From: an uncultured Alphaproteobacteria bacterium
GTDB lineage: Bacteria > Pseudomonadota > Alphaproteobacteria > CAAHEQ01 > UBA3637
NCBI GenBank assembly: GCA_944392125.1
Contig: CALXVP010000001.1
Location: 289,020-353,019, forward strand
Direction: 5' to 3'
DNA: 64,000 nucleotides
Positions 10,346-20,297 of this stretch are shown here, piece by piece (the stretch's first letter is position 1; each line of letters starts with the position of its first letter). Under the pieces are notes generated by a model that was not told the DNA's origin, ran no database searches, and saw only the letters and a program-made list of their open reading frames with translations. The position numbers and the translations under genes were made by a program.

Positions 10346-11062
10346 ATGATGAAACAAATAACTTTTGCAGATAACGTATTGCGCTTTCATGATGAACTTT
10401 CACATCAATCACTTTCATTGCCAGAAGGGTTTAGACTGGTCAATCCATTTGTTGCCGCTCAAAAAGAGAAAGTAAAACAGGTAACAACGCTTTTTTATCA
10501 AAAATATTATAACGATAGTAATCCTAGACGCCTTATACTTGGGAGTTCTCCAGCCAGACGGGGGACAGCCGTGACCGGCGTTCCCTTTGAAGATGCGGCA
10601 CATCTTCAAAAAGAAACAGGAATTTCCATTGATAAATTTTTTATCAATCACTCTTCATCAGGATTTTTATATGAAGTTATGGATGAATATGGTGGTTGTA
10701 ATAAATTTTATGCGGACTTTTATATGAGTTTTGTTTGCCCTCTTGGGATAGTTAAAATAAACTCAAAAGGTAATGAGGTTAATTGTAATTATTATGAAAA
10801 TAAAAAATTACGAGAGGTATTATCACCATTTATTGTACGTATGCTTCATCGACAAATAACTTTAGGTATTGATACATCTGTATGTTATTGTATTGGGAGT
10901 GGTGAAAATTATAGCTTTTTGTCTACACTTAATGAAGAGCATAAGTTTTTTGATTTAATATTACCATTAGAGCATCCTCGTTTTATAATGCAATACAATT
11001 TAAAAGATAAAGAAAAATTTATGAATAAATATATGAATGCATTTTGTAAGTATAAAAGTTAA
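10346..11062 (+). CDS. Uracil-DNA glycosylase superfamily protein (family 4/SMUG-like, DUF4918-like)
   Basis: LGSSPARRGTAVTGVPFED resembles the UDG motif GEAPG..E..G.PF. Confidence 0.5.
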   Translation: MMKQITFADNVLRFHDELSHQSLSLPEGFRLVNPFVAAQKEKVKQVTTLFYQKYYNDSNPRRLILGSSPARRGTAVTGVPFEDAAHLQKETGISIDKFFINHSSSGFLYEVMDEYGGCNKFYADFYMSFVCPLGIVKINSKGNEVNCNYYENKKLREVLSPFIVRMLHRQITLGIDTSVCYCIGSGENYSFLSTLNEEHKFFDLILPLEHPRFIMQYNLKDKEKFMNKYMNAFCKYKS

Positions 11063-11095
11063 TACAATGTAAAGTTTCTATGAATGGAGGAAGAA

Positions 11096-11875
11096 ATGGA
11101 AAATAGAGACAATAAAACACTGGTACATTTTAATACAGATACCATTAAAATATATGATTTAAAAAATGGTATATTAAAAATGTTAAATGAGGAGCGTGTT
11201 TCCTTTGGAACAGGTTGTTTAAGTGAGGTTTTAGAGAAGATAAAAGAATTTTTAAATCATTTAAGCAATTATACAAACGAAATAAATAATACATCTGTCA
11301 GGTTATATGCCACGGGTTTATTCCAAAATTTTAAACAGGAGGAAAAAAATCAAATAGTTAATAACATTTTCGTGGATTATGCTCTTTATTTTAATGTAGT
11401 GCCTTTCGATTTAGAACAGTTTTATTTGCAAAATAGCAGAAATATTTGTGAATCTGAAAATATGATACAAGGATTGCTATGTCAGGAATTTAGAAATGTT
11501 GTTGTATGCGGAAGCTTTCAACAGTTTTTACAAGACATTGAAAAACTGATTAAACATTTATATAGGTATAATATTAATGTACTTAGTCCAGCCTCAACAA
11601 AAATTAAACCAGAAACAATAGGAACTGAGTTCATTCTTTTTGATTATCAAGACTGTATTAAAAATGAGCGTGATACTTGGCGGCATAAGTATGAACATAT
11701 GGAAAAATTTAGACAAGCGGATGCTATTATCGTTTGTGATCCTCGTGGAGTGGTTGGCAAGGGAACTATATTTGAGTTTGGTTTTATGACTGCTATTTCA
11801 AAAAGGATCATATTTATGGAACAGCCAAAAAATATATCCATTTTCTTTCCGTATGAGATTGGACTTAATTTTTAG
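11096..11875 (+). CDS. Protein with C-terminal nucleoside 2-deoxyribosyltransferase-like (Rossmann-like) domain
   Basis: C-terminal ADAIIVCDPRG...GKGTIFEFGFMTAISKRII matches the nucleoside 2-deoxyribosyltransferase core motif. The RBS ggagg precedes the ATG at 11096. Confidence 0.45.
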   Translation: MENRDNKTLVHFNTDTIKIYDLKNGILKMLNEERVSFGTGCLSEVLEKIKEFLNHLSNYTNEINNTSVRLYATGLFQNFKQEEKNQIVNNIFVDYALYFNVVPFDLEQFYLQNSRNICESENMIQGLLCQEFRNVVVCGSFQQFLQDIEKLIKHLYRYNINVLSPASTKIKPETIGTEFILFDYQDCIKNERDTWRHKYEHMEKFRQADAIIVCDPRGVVGKGTIFEFGFMTAISKRIIFMEQPKNISIFFPYEIGLNF

Positions 11876-11925
11876 GAAACAGATGTCGAATCTTAGCGAT
11901 ATATAAAAATTTTAAAAAGATGCTA

Positions 11926-12120
11926 TTAATTCGAACACATTTCATCATAAACGAGGTTATTTCGGTCAATTTGCCGGATAGTTTCGGGTGTATCTTGCTC
12001 GTAATCCGCATAAATAGGCTCGTAAATCAGGCAGAAATCACCGTTTATATTTGTCGTGCAACCGGCGGATGCGGTCAATATCAATAACATTATCCCGTAT
12101 CGTTTTAGCTTTTTGAACAT
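11926..12120 (-). CDS. Rz1-like outer-membrane spanin lipoprotein (copy 1)
   Basis: Signal peptide plus lipobox LTASAGC. Partly overlaps the Rz-like gene in another frame. About 90% identical to copy 2. Confidence 0.6.
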   Translation of the reverse strand: MFKKLKRYGIMLLILTASAGCTTNINGDFCLIYEPIYADYEQDTPETIRQIDRNNLVYDEMCSN

Positions 12121-12304
12121 TTTCCAAGGTTCCTTTCATTGTTTTGACTTGTTCTTTATGTTTTCCTTTTTGGTAGCCCAGCAGGTATAAAATTGCTAAA
12201 CCACCGCCGATAATCCAATATTTTGCTTTATTCCAAGCTGTCGTTATGAGTGTCCACATTGTAGTTTTCCTTTCATTTTTTTTGTGTTTAGATTTGTTTT
12301 GTTG
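11928..12304. repeat. Direct repeat copy A (~375 bp, spanin module)
   Basis: About 90-93% identity to 13927-14293 by eye. Confidence 0.8.
12038..12259 (-). CDS. Rz-like inner-membrane spanin (copy 1)
   Basis: N-terminal TM (WIIGGGLAILYLL) followed by a charged/coiled region. The internal Met matches the start of copy 2. Confidence 0.5.
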   Translation of the reverse strand: MWTLITTAWNKAKYWIIGGGLAILYLLGYQKGKHKEQVKTMKGTLENVQKAKTIRDNVIDIDRIRRLHDKYKR

Positions 12305-12445
12305 CAAATATCTAAAAAACGACAGCTTCCGCAAGGAATTTCCAGAATTCTACCTTTAAAACCATTCAAAAGATTGTTAAAAATAAGGTCTGTATCAGAA
12401 GTATCTGAAAATTCCAAATCATAAAAGACACTTCTGTCCTTATAA

Positions 12446-13566
12446 TCATTTAATTTCATTCCAGTGTTCCATATGGCGTTGAACTTCAAAGTGGACTATC
12501 TTTCCGTTTTCAACAATTTTACCTGCTTCTGCTACATCATAAGGTTTTTGAGTATAAATACCCTCTGCCATTTGATATAGATAGTATGAGAGATGCTTTG
12601 ACATTGCCTGTACCGTTGTTACAGAATAAGCTGATGGCAGTACATCAATTTTACAATGTAATACACCATATTTTGAAAAAACAGGATTTTCAAGTGTTGT
12701 ATTGTGATCAAATGTTTCTATATATCCAGAACCATAACCACAGGTTACATCCATTATAATGGCGCCTTTTTTCATTTTTTTCACCATTTCTTTTGTTACA
12801 ATGGGTTTTGTATCATAAGTGGATATTAAAATAGCCCCAATCAACACATCTGCATCTAACAATTCTTGGCGTAATTTGTTAGGCGTATTTAGAAAACACT
12901 TAGTATTTGTTGGCATTGATGCCTGAAATGCTCTTAATTTTTCCCTGTTTTGGCCAAAAACAACTACATTTGCCCCCCATGGAAGCAGCCATTCTTGCAG
13001 CGGCACCACCCGCATTCCCATACCCGATGACAACAACCTTTGGTGGCTTTACATTCACCATAGGAGCTAATAAAACACCGGAGCCCCCTCTATTATTCTG
13101 TAGATGGTAAGCGGCAAAAATAACAGCTACTTTTCCTGCAATTTCACTACTTGCAACAGAAGCGGGAAAAATACCTTCTTTTGTTTTAAAAAATTCATAT
13201 GTATAAGCCGTACATTTACTTTTTAACAATTTATCCGTTAATTCTTTGTTGCCTTCTGCATGAAAAACAGCTCCAATATGTTTATCTGCATTAATAATTA
13301 ATATATTTGAACTCTGAATCAACTGGTGGCTTATATTTAAATATCACATTACTTTGAGTCCAAGCCTGTTTCGTGGAAACAATTTTAGCCCCAACATTTG
13401 CATATTCTTTATCAGGTATACCAATTCCTGAACCTGTGCCTCTTTCAACATATACATCATATCCGTTTTGAATGAATATGCGTAAATCTTCTGGCAAAAG
13501 TATTGTACGTCGCTCTCCTACCTTCTTTTCTTTAATGATAGAAATTGTTTTTTTATTCTTTTTCAT
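12446..13566 (-). pseudogene. Alanine dehydrogenase/PNT-family gene disrupted by two frameshifts
   Basis: Three consecutive overlapping minus-strand ORFs together cover an Ald-like protein. The N-terminal domain is ILLPEDLRIFIQNGYDVYVERGTGSGIG. The NAD-binding segment is VVVIGYGNAGGAAARMAA. The C-terminal segment is GAIIMDVTCGYGSGYIETFDHN. Confidence 0.6.
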
Positions 13567-13568
13567 TT

Positions 13569-13841
13569 TTAGTCCGATATGTCAAATTGAATCACTTGGA
13601 AGCCATACTTGCCAATTTCTTCTTGAGACCAGTAAGTACAATCCTTTGTTTTCATAACATAGGAAACATTGACATTCACTTTACGCCCAGTTTCTTGCTT
13701 TGTAACATCATCTATTTCAACTAAAACGAGTGTATCACCTTGATTGATTTTAAAATCAGCCAAACGTAATTCTGTTTTCTTTTCTCCTGAAAGTACTTTT
13801 TTGAAATATTCTGATAATATTTTCTTTTGAACTTGCGCCAT
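13569..13841 (-). CDS. DUF3850/ASCH-like small protein
   Basis: Pattern ILSEYFKKVLSGEKKTELRLADFKINQGDTLVLVE. Confidence 0.45.
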   Translation of the reverse strand: MAQVQKKILSEYFKKVLSGEKKTELRLADFKINQGDTLVLVEIDDVTKQETGRKVNVNVSYVMKTKDCTYWSQEEIGKYGFQVIQFDISD

Positions 13842-13911
13842 GGTTATCCCCCATACTTTTTGATATTTTCAATATAATATAAAAAATATATAAAAGCAAG
13901 AAAATTTTTTA

Positions 13912-14109
13912 CTACGTTTCTATACAAATTTCATCATAAACAAGGTTATTTCGGTCAATTTGCCGGATGGTTTCCGGTGTATCTTGTTCGTAATCCGCAT
14001 AAATCGGCTCGTAAATCAGGCAAAAATCACCGTTTATATTTGTTGTGCAACCGGCGGATGCGGTCAATATCGATAACATGATCCCGAATAATTTTAGCTT
14101 TTTGAACAT
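13912..14109 (-). CDS. Rz1-like outer-membrane spanin lipoprotein (copy 2)
   Basis: Near-identical paralog of 11926-12120 with the same lipobox. Confidence 0.6.
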   Translation of the reverse strand: MFKKLKLFGIMLSILTASAGCTTNINGDFCLIYEPIYADYEQDTPETIRQIDRNNLVYDEICIET

Positions 14110-14293
14110 TTTCCAAGGTTCCTTTCATCGTTTTTACTTGTTCTTTATGTTTTCCTTTTTGGTAGCCGAGCAGATATAAAATTGCCAAACCACCGCCGAT
14201 AATCCAATATTTTGCTTTATTCCAAGCCGTTGTTATAAGTGTTAACATTATAGTTTCCCTTTCATTTTTCTTGTGTTTAGATTTGTTTTGTTG
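13927..14293. repeat. Direct repeat copy B (spanin module)
   Basis: Matches 11928-12304. Confidence 0.8.
14027..14248 (-). CDS. Rz-like inner-membrane spanin (copy 2)
   Basis: Paralog of 12038-12259. Confidence 0.5.
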   Translation of the reverse strand: MLTLITTAWNKAKYWIIGGGLAILYLLGYQKGKHKEQVKTMKGTLENVQKAKIIRDHVIDIDRIRRLHNKYKR

Positions 14294-14614
14294 AATCGGG
14301 CAAATAAACCGGTATTGCTAAATTTTCTCACTAACCCCGTTCGAAAATAAAGCAATTACCTCGTTTATTTTCCTTTCTTTAACCCAATATCTCTTACTCC
14401 GCTTACGCCAAGCACAATATCTAGTCCCATCAGCAGATATTCCCAATCCACGTTTGGAACACTAAAAAACGGGACAACCACGCAGTTGTGGAATATCCCG
14501 TAGCAGAGTATCCACCCCCACCCAAGCCACCTTCATTCCTCACATTATCAAATTTGGTGCGATAAAAAATCATTGAGTAATAGGAAAATGGTCACAGATG
14601 TATAGTGACATACA

Positions 14615-16030
14615 TCAAGACCATTTGACGAAAATAATCAGTGATTTTTTACGCATCCGTAGGACAAGGCGTATTTTGCCGATTTTAAGTTGAATTTTGT
14701 TTAATTGTATATCTGCCAAAACCCAAGCAACAGAACGGGTTGCCACCGGCGATGACCATCCTCCACTTGGCGACCATGTCGGCAGTTTTCTTGTGACGAT
14801 ACAGTTGACCATACGAGACGAACGCTGTGATAGGTTATCGGTGGCTCGCATCGTAATGGCAAGCAATGTCACGTTCCCATAGTCTTTATCTGACACGATA
14901 TAGCCCTTGGCCGAACCCCACCGGATTTCATGGCCGGCACGTGAAGATGTGTCTTTGGCATCTAACCGAGTAGCTCTGACCTCATACCTGCCGGTTGTAA
15001 CCGAATAAGTATAGGTTTTATACATGGCATTGTGGTTATTGCTTGTAATACTTTCCGTTCCAAGCGTAACCCAATCACCCAGCGCATTATCTTCATCATC
15101 AATCCGCCTGGCATCGATACGCCATTGAATGGTTTTATTGGCCATGGTGCCATTGTTGTTTGCATAATAAAGGCCTCTTTGAAAAGCTACATCAATCTCT
15201 ATTTTATCGATTACACTTTCTGTCGGATTTAATACAAAAGGTCCGCATACCTCATCTTTTAGCAGTTCTTGCCCGGCAACTTCAGGCGAAGTCACAACAT
15301 CATCACGAAAGAGCGTGTTTTGCTCGCCCGGATTGATTATTTTGTATGTAATCTCTTCAAATGAATCAATCGGAGTATCTTCAATTCTTATTTGTTCGAT
15401 GTTATATTCACCTTGACCAATGCAATGGAGCTGATAAACATACTGTTCATCATTCGCATATGCATAATATGGCTGACTGGCAAAATCCGGATAAATCAGG
15501 TGCCGCCCGTAAATGACCGGTATCGGACTACCGAGCCTTGCTTGGTTTCCTTGCGCTTGCAAAGAGTATGTCGGACTTTGTGCCGCTATGGAGTTGGCCG
15601 AGCCTGAACCATTAAGCGATGCCCTTGGGGTGGGAACAAATGTATTAACCAAAAAGCTCCCGGCCATAGAGACACCGGCCGCCGCAACGCCGCCCCATAC
15701 AGCACCATAAGCTGCTCCTACAGCACCGCCAGTATAAACAGAAGCAACCACAACGGCCACCATCAAAACAACTTGAATAGGGTTTGATGACTTTTTACCG
15801 CCACCGCCTTGTGGTAAAGTGATGAAGCAGACCAAGGATTTCGGCTGAACGGTATCGTTCCAAAACTTCCTGAGGACTGCGGCACCGTCTATCATGCATA
15901 TTGTCGGGCGCGAAAGGTCCACTTTCTGTTCCCGGACCATGTCCCAAACGGTTTTGCCGTCATCAAGGACATTGTCTATCCGACCCTTATTCGGCTGAAA
16001 AGGGTTTGTAATGTGTGAAAAGTAAATCAT
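14615..16030 (-). CDS. Phage tail assembly protein I fused to N-terminal ~280 aa of host-specificity protein J (truncated)
   Basis: The N-terminal ~190 aa resemble lambda gpI, including the Gly-rich hydrophobic stretch and a PIPVIYG-like motif. The remainder resembles the lambda gpJ N-terminus. The ORF ends about 800 aa earlier than a J protein. Confidence 0.55.
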   Translation of the reverse strand: MIYFSHITNPFQPNKGRIDNVLDDGKTVWDMVREQKVDLSRPTICMIDGAAVLRKFWNDTVQPKSLVCFITLPQGGGGKKSSNPIQVVLMVAVVVASVYTGGAVGAAYGAVWGGVAAAGVSMAGSFLVNTFVPTPRASLNGSGSANSIAAQSPTYSLQAQGNQARLGSPIPVIYGRHLIYPDFASQPYYAYANDEQYVYQLHCIGQGEYNIEQIRIEDTPIDSFEEITYKIINPGEQNTLFRDDVVTSPEVAGQELLKDEVCGPFVLNPTESVIDKIEIDVAFQRGLYYANNNGTMANKTIQWRIDARRIDDEDNALGDWVTLGTESITSNNHNAMYKTYTYSVTTGRYEVRATRLDAKDTSSRAGHEIRWGSAKGYIVSDKDYGNVTLLAITMRATDNLSQRSSRMVNCIVTRKLPTWSPSGGWSSPVATRSVAWVLADIQLNKIQLKIGKIRLVLRMRKKSLIIFVKWS

Positions 16031-16435
16031 TTATTTTCCTTTTACTCGATAATAGCTGTCTATTTGCCACCCGCACAAGCGCATTGATGGTAAGTCTTGA
16101 AAGATAACACCGGCATCGCGGCAACAATGTAAAACACCACCGCCGTCTGCATCCAACCATAAGCCGGCATGAACCGGATGTTTTGACTGACGAAGCAGAA
16201 CGACATCACCGTCTTGCGGTTTTTCAACTTCATTAAATGCCTGGAAAGCAGAATCCTCTTTGAATGCAGTTAAAACGCTCCGAAGATTATCCGGATTAAC
16301 GTTTACTGCCGGCACATCTATGCCATATTCATGCTTCAGGATCCAGCGCACCATTCCCCAACAATCAAACTCGTCAGGGCCTTGCGCACCGGCAACCCAG
16401 GGCAAGCCTATATATTTACAAGCAAAATGTGTCAT
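16031..16435 (-). CDS. Phage tail protein K-like NlpC/P60 peptidase
   Basis: Cys/His catalytic motifs FDCWGMVRW and HAGLW. Sits immediately upstream of the I/J gene with a 4-nt overlap to the next gene. Confidence 0.65.
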   Translation of the reverse strand: MTHFACKYIGLPWVAGAQGPDEFDCWGMVRWILKHEYGIDVPAVNVNPDNLRSVLTAFKEDSAFQAFNEVEKPQDGDVVLLRQSKHPVHAGLWLDADGGGVLHCCRDAGVIFQDLPSMRLCGWQIDSYYRVKGK

Positions 16436-16974
16436 CGTGTTAATCCCGGATAGTTTTTAACGGTATAGTTTTCACTCGGAAACGACTTGTTGCCGATGTC
16501 CATCATGCGGGCCGTAGCCGTTATTTTATAGCAGTCCACATGAATATCAGTAATAACCAAGGTTATCGGCGGGTCCATCTGCGGCGTTGTCAGGTCGTCA
16601 GACAGATATGGCCGGTATGTCAGCTCGATCATGTCCTGTGTCTCTATTGCCCGGTCAAGATAAGCGATCATCTCGGTTGAAACGTTGTCGATCGTGACCG
16701 AAATCTCAGGTGTCGGCGTGTTGTTGACCGGTGGCAATTCCAAGTCAAAGGCCATGGCAACAAACTCCACAGCTTCACCCGGATTTAGAGGGGCCGAGTT
16801 TTCAAGCGTACAAGTGTGGCTGACGTGATCCCGAACCACGCGAATGGCAGTCTGATTTCCTTGTTCATCCACAAAAGACGGGTGTCGAAGCTCTAAGGTG
16901 TGCAATAAAATCACATCACCCGGAGCCGAAGCATAGGCTTCTTTTAAGGCTTCTGATAAAGTGTTATCTGTCAT
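16432..16974 (-). CDS. Phage minor tail protein (lambda L position)
   Basis: Called from synteny only (upstream of K-like gene, translationally coupled). No motif recognised. Confidence 0.4.
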   Translation of the reverse strand: MTDNTLSEALKEAYASAPGDVILLHTLELRHPSFVDEQGNQTAIRVVRDHVSHTCTLENSAPLNPGEAVEFVAMAFDLELPPVNNTPTPEISVTIDNVSTEMIAYLDRAIETQDMIELTYRPYLSDDLTTPQMDPPITLVITDIHVDCYKITATARMMDIGNKSFPSENYTVKNYPGLTR

Positions 16975-17379
16975 TTCATTTTTCCTTAAATATCCTCAAC
17001 AAGTTCACAGATTTTTGAATGATAAACTTTATTTCCCCGCATCACGACAATTGTATCTCCAACAATAACCATACTTTGCCGATACCATGTTGTTGAGGTA
17101 AATGGCATTTTATATTTTTTGTAAGTGGAAAAATCAGAAGTCGAATAGATTCTTGATTGGTCTATAATATAATACAGTCCGTTATAATAAAGGACATTAA
17201 AAGAATAGTGCTCGGCATTAAAACCTTCCGGTTTTGTTAACTCACTCCAATTTGTTCCGTCTGAACTTCTGATAAACTTATCACTCCAGTTGTAATGGTA
17301 AAAATAACCGTTACAATAAACGATGGATATCCGAATATGACCGCTAATATTCCTTGGTCCTTAAATCCTTGTACTGTCA

Positions 17380-18765
17380 TTATTTGACCTCCATTGTATA
17401 TGATGCAATACGAGCGGCAACCATATCCGGTGTTTCTTCCTGTTCTTCAACAGAAGGCGAAATGTTCGGATTTGGCACGCTTGCCATGGCTTTTTCAAAG
17501 TCTGTTGATTTTTGGGCTGTCGGAATAGTTCCTAAAACAGCCAAGATGTCAGAAGCTGACATATCTGTTTTTGCGAGCAACATCTGAGCGGTTTCTTCTT
17601 TACCTTTTACAAGTTCGGAAGCGAATACTTGGCTCATGCGTTCACGCTCGGCCATCTTAATGTCCTCGGCCGAAAAGGTGGGTTTTTGTTCATTCATGAA
17701 TGATTTCTCCGTTGGGGACGTATTTCCAGCTAATTGACAAATATGGTGCTGACAAAAATCATTTGATACTAAGGATTTGTTCGCAAATGATGTTTTTTCA
17801 TCATTAAGAAAAAATCCTGACGTAGTCGGATTATTTTTGTCGCATCCATCTGGACAAGGTAAAAATTGCTTTTTAACTGCTGAATTTTTCAAATGTGTAG
17901 AATCGACTACACTTTGTGAAAAATCCATTGTTCTAAAACAATTTTTACTCTTGCCATTTTTGCCTATTAACTGGTAATACGTCCCTGTGTTAAGGTCTGA
18001 CACTAATTCCTCGAATGAGGACAAGCCGTCCGCCAGACCGATACTGACGGCTTTTTGCCCAACAAACACATCTCCGCCACCGAAGTTTTCAATAACTTCC
18101 TTCGGGGAGATATCCCTGTTAAGCGCAACTTTATTGATAAAAACATCAGCCAACGCATCAACGTGCTCTTGAATTTTGGCTTTACCTTCCTCGGTTTCCA
18201 CATTGGGGCGTTTGTTCGGACTTTGCGATGAAACAATCTCTATGGTTTTGTTTTCATCATCCTTTTCAAAAATGGAAACGACACCGATTGAACCGATGAT
18301 AGCTGTATCGGTTGCATAAATCTTATCACAGGCTGAGGCGATCCAGTAAGCACCCGAGCAACAGTAACCGGATGCATAAGCGACAATCGGCTTTGTACCA
18401 CGAGCCTTATAAATCATATCTGCGACTTCCGAACAGCCGTTTACTTCGCCGCCCGGACTGTCCACATCAAGCAAAATAGCCTGAACGGTAGGGTCTTTGA
18501 GGGCTTTATTAAAATCTTGTGCGAAAAGCTCATAAGAGGTGGCACCGCAAATACGAGTGAAAAGGTTCGCATACCTGAATAATGGCCCGGTTACCCTGAT
18601 AACAGCAACGCCGTCTCTTATTGAAACGGCGTTTGTGTTTTTCATCTCTTTACCTAATTGACTGGCGACTGCTTCAGGGCTTCTGTTGTTCTGCTTCGCT
18701 ATCGTCATCATCGTCTGCAACATCTCTGGCGTTATTGCCCAAACGGTCTTGTTTAATAGTTTCAT
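17380..18765 (-). CDS. Phage prohead protease/scaffold (S49 family, lambda gpC-like)
   Basis: S49/ClpP-like core LLDVDSPGGEV...GYCCSGAYWIASACDKIYA, with a C-terminal scaffold-like tail. Confidence 0.7.
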   Translation of the reverse strand: MKLLNKTVWAITPEMLQTMMTIAKQNNRSPEAVASQLGKEMKNTNAVSIRDGVAVIRVTGPLFRYANLFTRICGATSYELFAQDFNKALKDPTVQAILLDVDSPGGEVNGCSEVADMIYKARGTKPIVAYASGYCCSGAYWIASACDKIYATDTAIIGSIGVVSIFEKDDENKTIEIVSSQSPNKRPNVETEEGKAKIQEHVDALADVFINKVALNRDISPKEVIENFGGGDVFVGQKAVSIGLADGLSSFEELVSDLNTGTYYQLIGKNGKSKNCFRTMDFSQSVVDSTHLKNSAVKKQFLPCPDGCDKNNPTTSGFFLNDEKTSFANKSLVSNDFCQHHICQLAGNTSPTEKSFMNEQKPTFSAEDIKMAERERMSQVFASELVKGKEETAQMLLAKTDMSASDILAVLGTIPTAQKSTDFEKAMASVPNPNISPSVEEQEETPDMVAARIASYTMEVK

Positions 18766-18887
18766 GGTTTTCTCCTAATGTTAAACCTAATTCGGCAAGT
18801 TTGGCAGTTTGCCTATCGCACGTTTTGTTATCAGCATTTGACCGGTAATCCGGCGAAAGGAACCAGAAAAACTAATTTTCCTCGCTA

Positions 18888-20297
18888 TCAACGCTCGTCA
18901 AAAAGTTTTTTCATACGTTCCTTTTCTCTTGCTCTTTGTTCTAAAACTTCTTCCCAGTCTAAGCCTTGACCGGCACATTCGGCCTCTAATGTTGAAAGTC
19001 CTATCTCCATTCGGATTTGGCAGGCTTGTGCCTCTTTGACAGGATCCACCCAACCACGACCCGGACCGATCCACTTACATCTTGTATATGCGTAGCGGTT
19101 CTCATAAAAGTCAGGAGCATCAACCAGTCCTTTATTAACGGTTTCTTCAAGCCATAGTTCATAAACCGGTGTTGCCCAGTAATCGGATAGCCATTGACGG
19201 CGACCGTTGAAATATCGCCAAGCTTCTAACAAGGCAGAACGGGCGGACGAGTAATTGGTCTTTGAGAAGTCTTTTAACAGCAACTCATACGGAATGTTTA
19301 ATCCGGTTCCGATGTGTCGGAGCAAGTTTTCAACGAAAGCACCATATGCCGAGTTCGGGCGAGACGGGGTAAATGGGGCGACCTTATCTCCGGGGAATAT
19401 CGGAATAATCGAGCCACCCTCTAACTTAACTTGCCAATCTTTTTTGGCATTTAAGTATTCATCGCTTGAACCACCAAACAGTTCGTTTAAGCCTTCATTA
19501 TCCATCGGCGTTTCAATAAATGCGGCAATCATTGCATTCACAATAGCGGCCTGCAGTTCTGACCGCTCATAATGATCGAGCATTTTGAACATCAGCATAA
19601 TGGCACTTAGGACAGGCTTTCCACGATTTTGATCAATTCGGCTGATATCGTGAACGTGTAGAACTCGTCTTCGGCCAAAAAGAGTAAAAGCCGAAATACG
19701 CTCCCAAGACGCAGCTCCAGTCCAATAGTCACCTGGGTGGTCCTTTTGAATGTGATAGGCAATGGGAGCACCATACTTATCAATTTCAATTCCACCTCTG
19801 AGGTTTTTGCTATCACTGGCATTGTTCGGATTAGATAATCTGTCCGGTTCGACCAGTTGAATGGTTGTTGAAAATGGTCTGTCTTTTAACCATAACGGCA
19901 ATGCCAATGCTTCACCGTTAATCAGACAAGACTTGAAAACCTGTGTCGTTAAACCATGAAAGTTTAACTTTTTGGCCGCATCACAGTTAAATGTTTCTGC
20001 CCACGATCGCCAAAGACCTTCCACCTTTACTTGCCATTCTTCTTCCCATTCTTTGGTTTTACCTAATGCTTTATAATCCGGCTTGACTGACAGGCGAAAC
20101 CCTGTGCCGACAATGTTATCGGATAAGGTTTGCATGGCACCCGAAGCCACACCATGGTTACGTGACAGGTCGCGAGAACGGGCAACCATCGTTGATAATT
20201 CCGGTAATAGGTCGCTGTCCGCCGACCCACGTCCGGGGAGCCAAGAAGCAATCTCTCTTAAAGAGTGCGAGGCTGATTTATGTGATGTGTCTGTCAT
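18888..20297 (-). CDS. Phage portal protein (lambda gpB family)
   Basis: N-terminal motif DLSRNHGVASGAMQTLSDNIVGTGFRLS parallels lambda gpB. Size and position match. Confidence 0.7.
   Translation of the reverse strand: MTDTSHKSASHSLREIASWLPGRGSADSDLLPELSTMVARSRDLSRNHGVASGAMQTLSDNIVGTGFRLSVKPDYKALGKTKEWEEEWQVKVEGLWRSWAETFNCDAAKKLNFHGLTTQVFKSCLINGEALALPLWLKDRPFSTTIQLVEPDRLSNPNNASDSKNLRGGIEIDKYGAPIAYHIQKDHPGDYWTGAASWERISAFTLFGRRRVLHVHDISRIDQNRGKPVLSAIMLMFKMLDHYERSELQAAIVNAMIAAFIETPMDNEGLNELFGGSSDEYLNAKKDWQVKLEGGSIIPIFPGDKVAPFTPSRPNSAYGAFVENLLRHIGTGLNIPYELLLKDFSKTNYSSARSALLEAWRYFNGRRQWLSDYWATPVYELWLEETVNKGLVDAPDFYENRYAYTRCKWIGPGRGWVDPVKEAQACQIRMEIGLSTLEAECAGQGLDWEEVLEQRAREKERMKKLFDER

Noticed and set aside
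12244-12489. 81-aa ORF upstream of spanin copy 1 as a holin or endolysin
   Set aside because: It has no TM segments or lysozyme motifs. It overlaps the Rz-like gene and the AlaDH fragment and has no counterpart by copy 2. It is probably a spurious frame.
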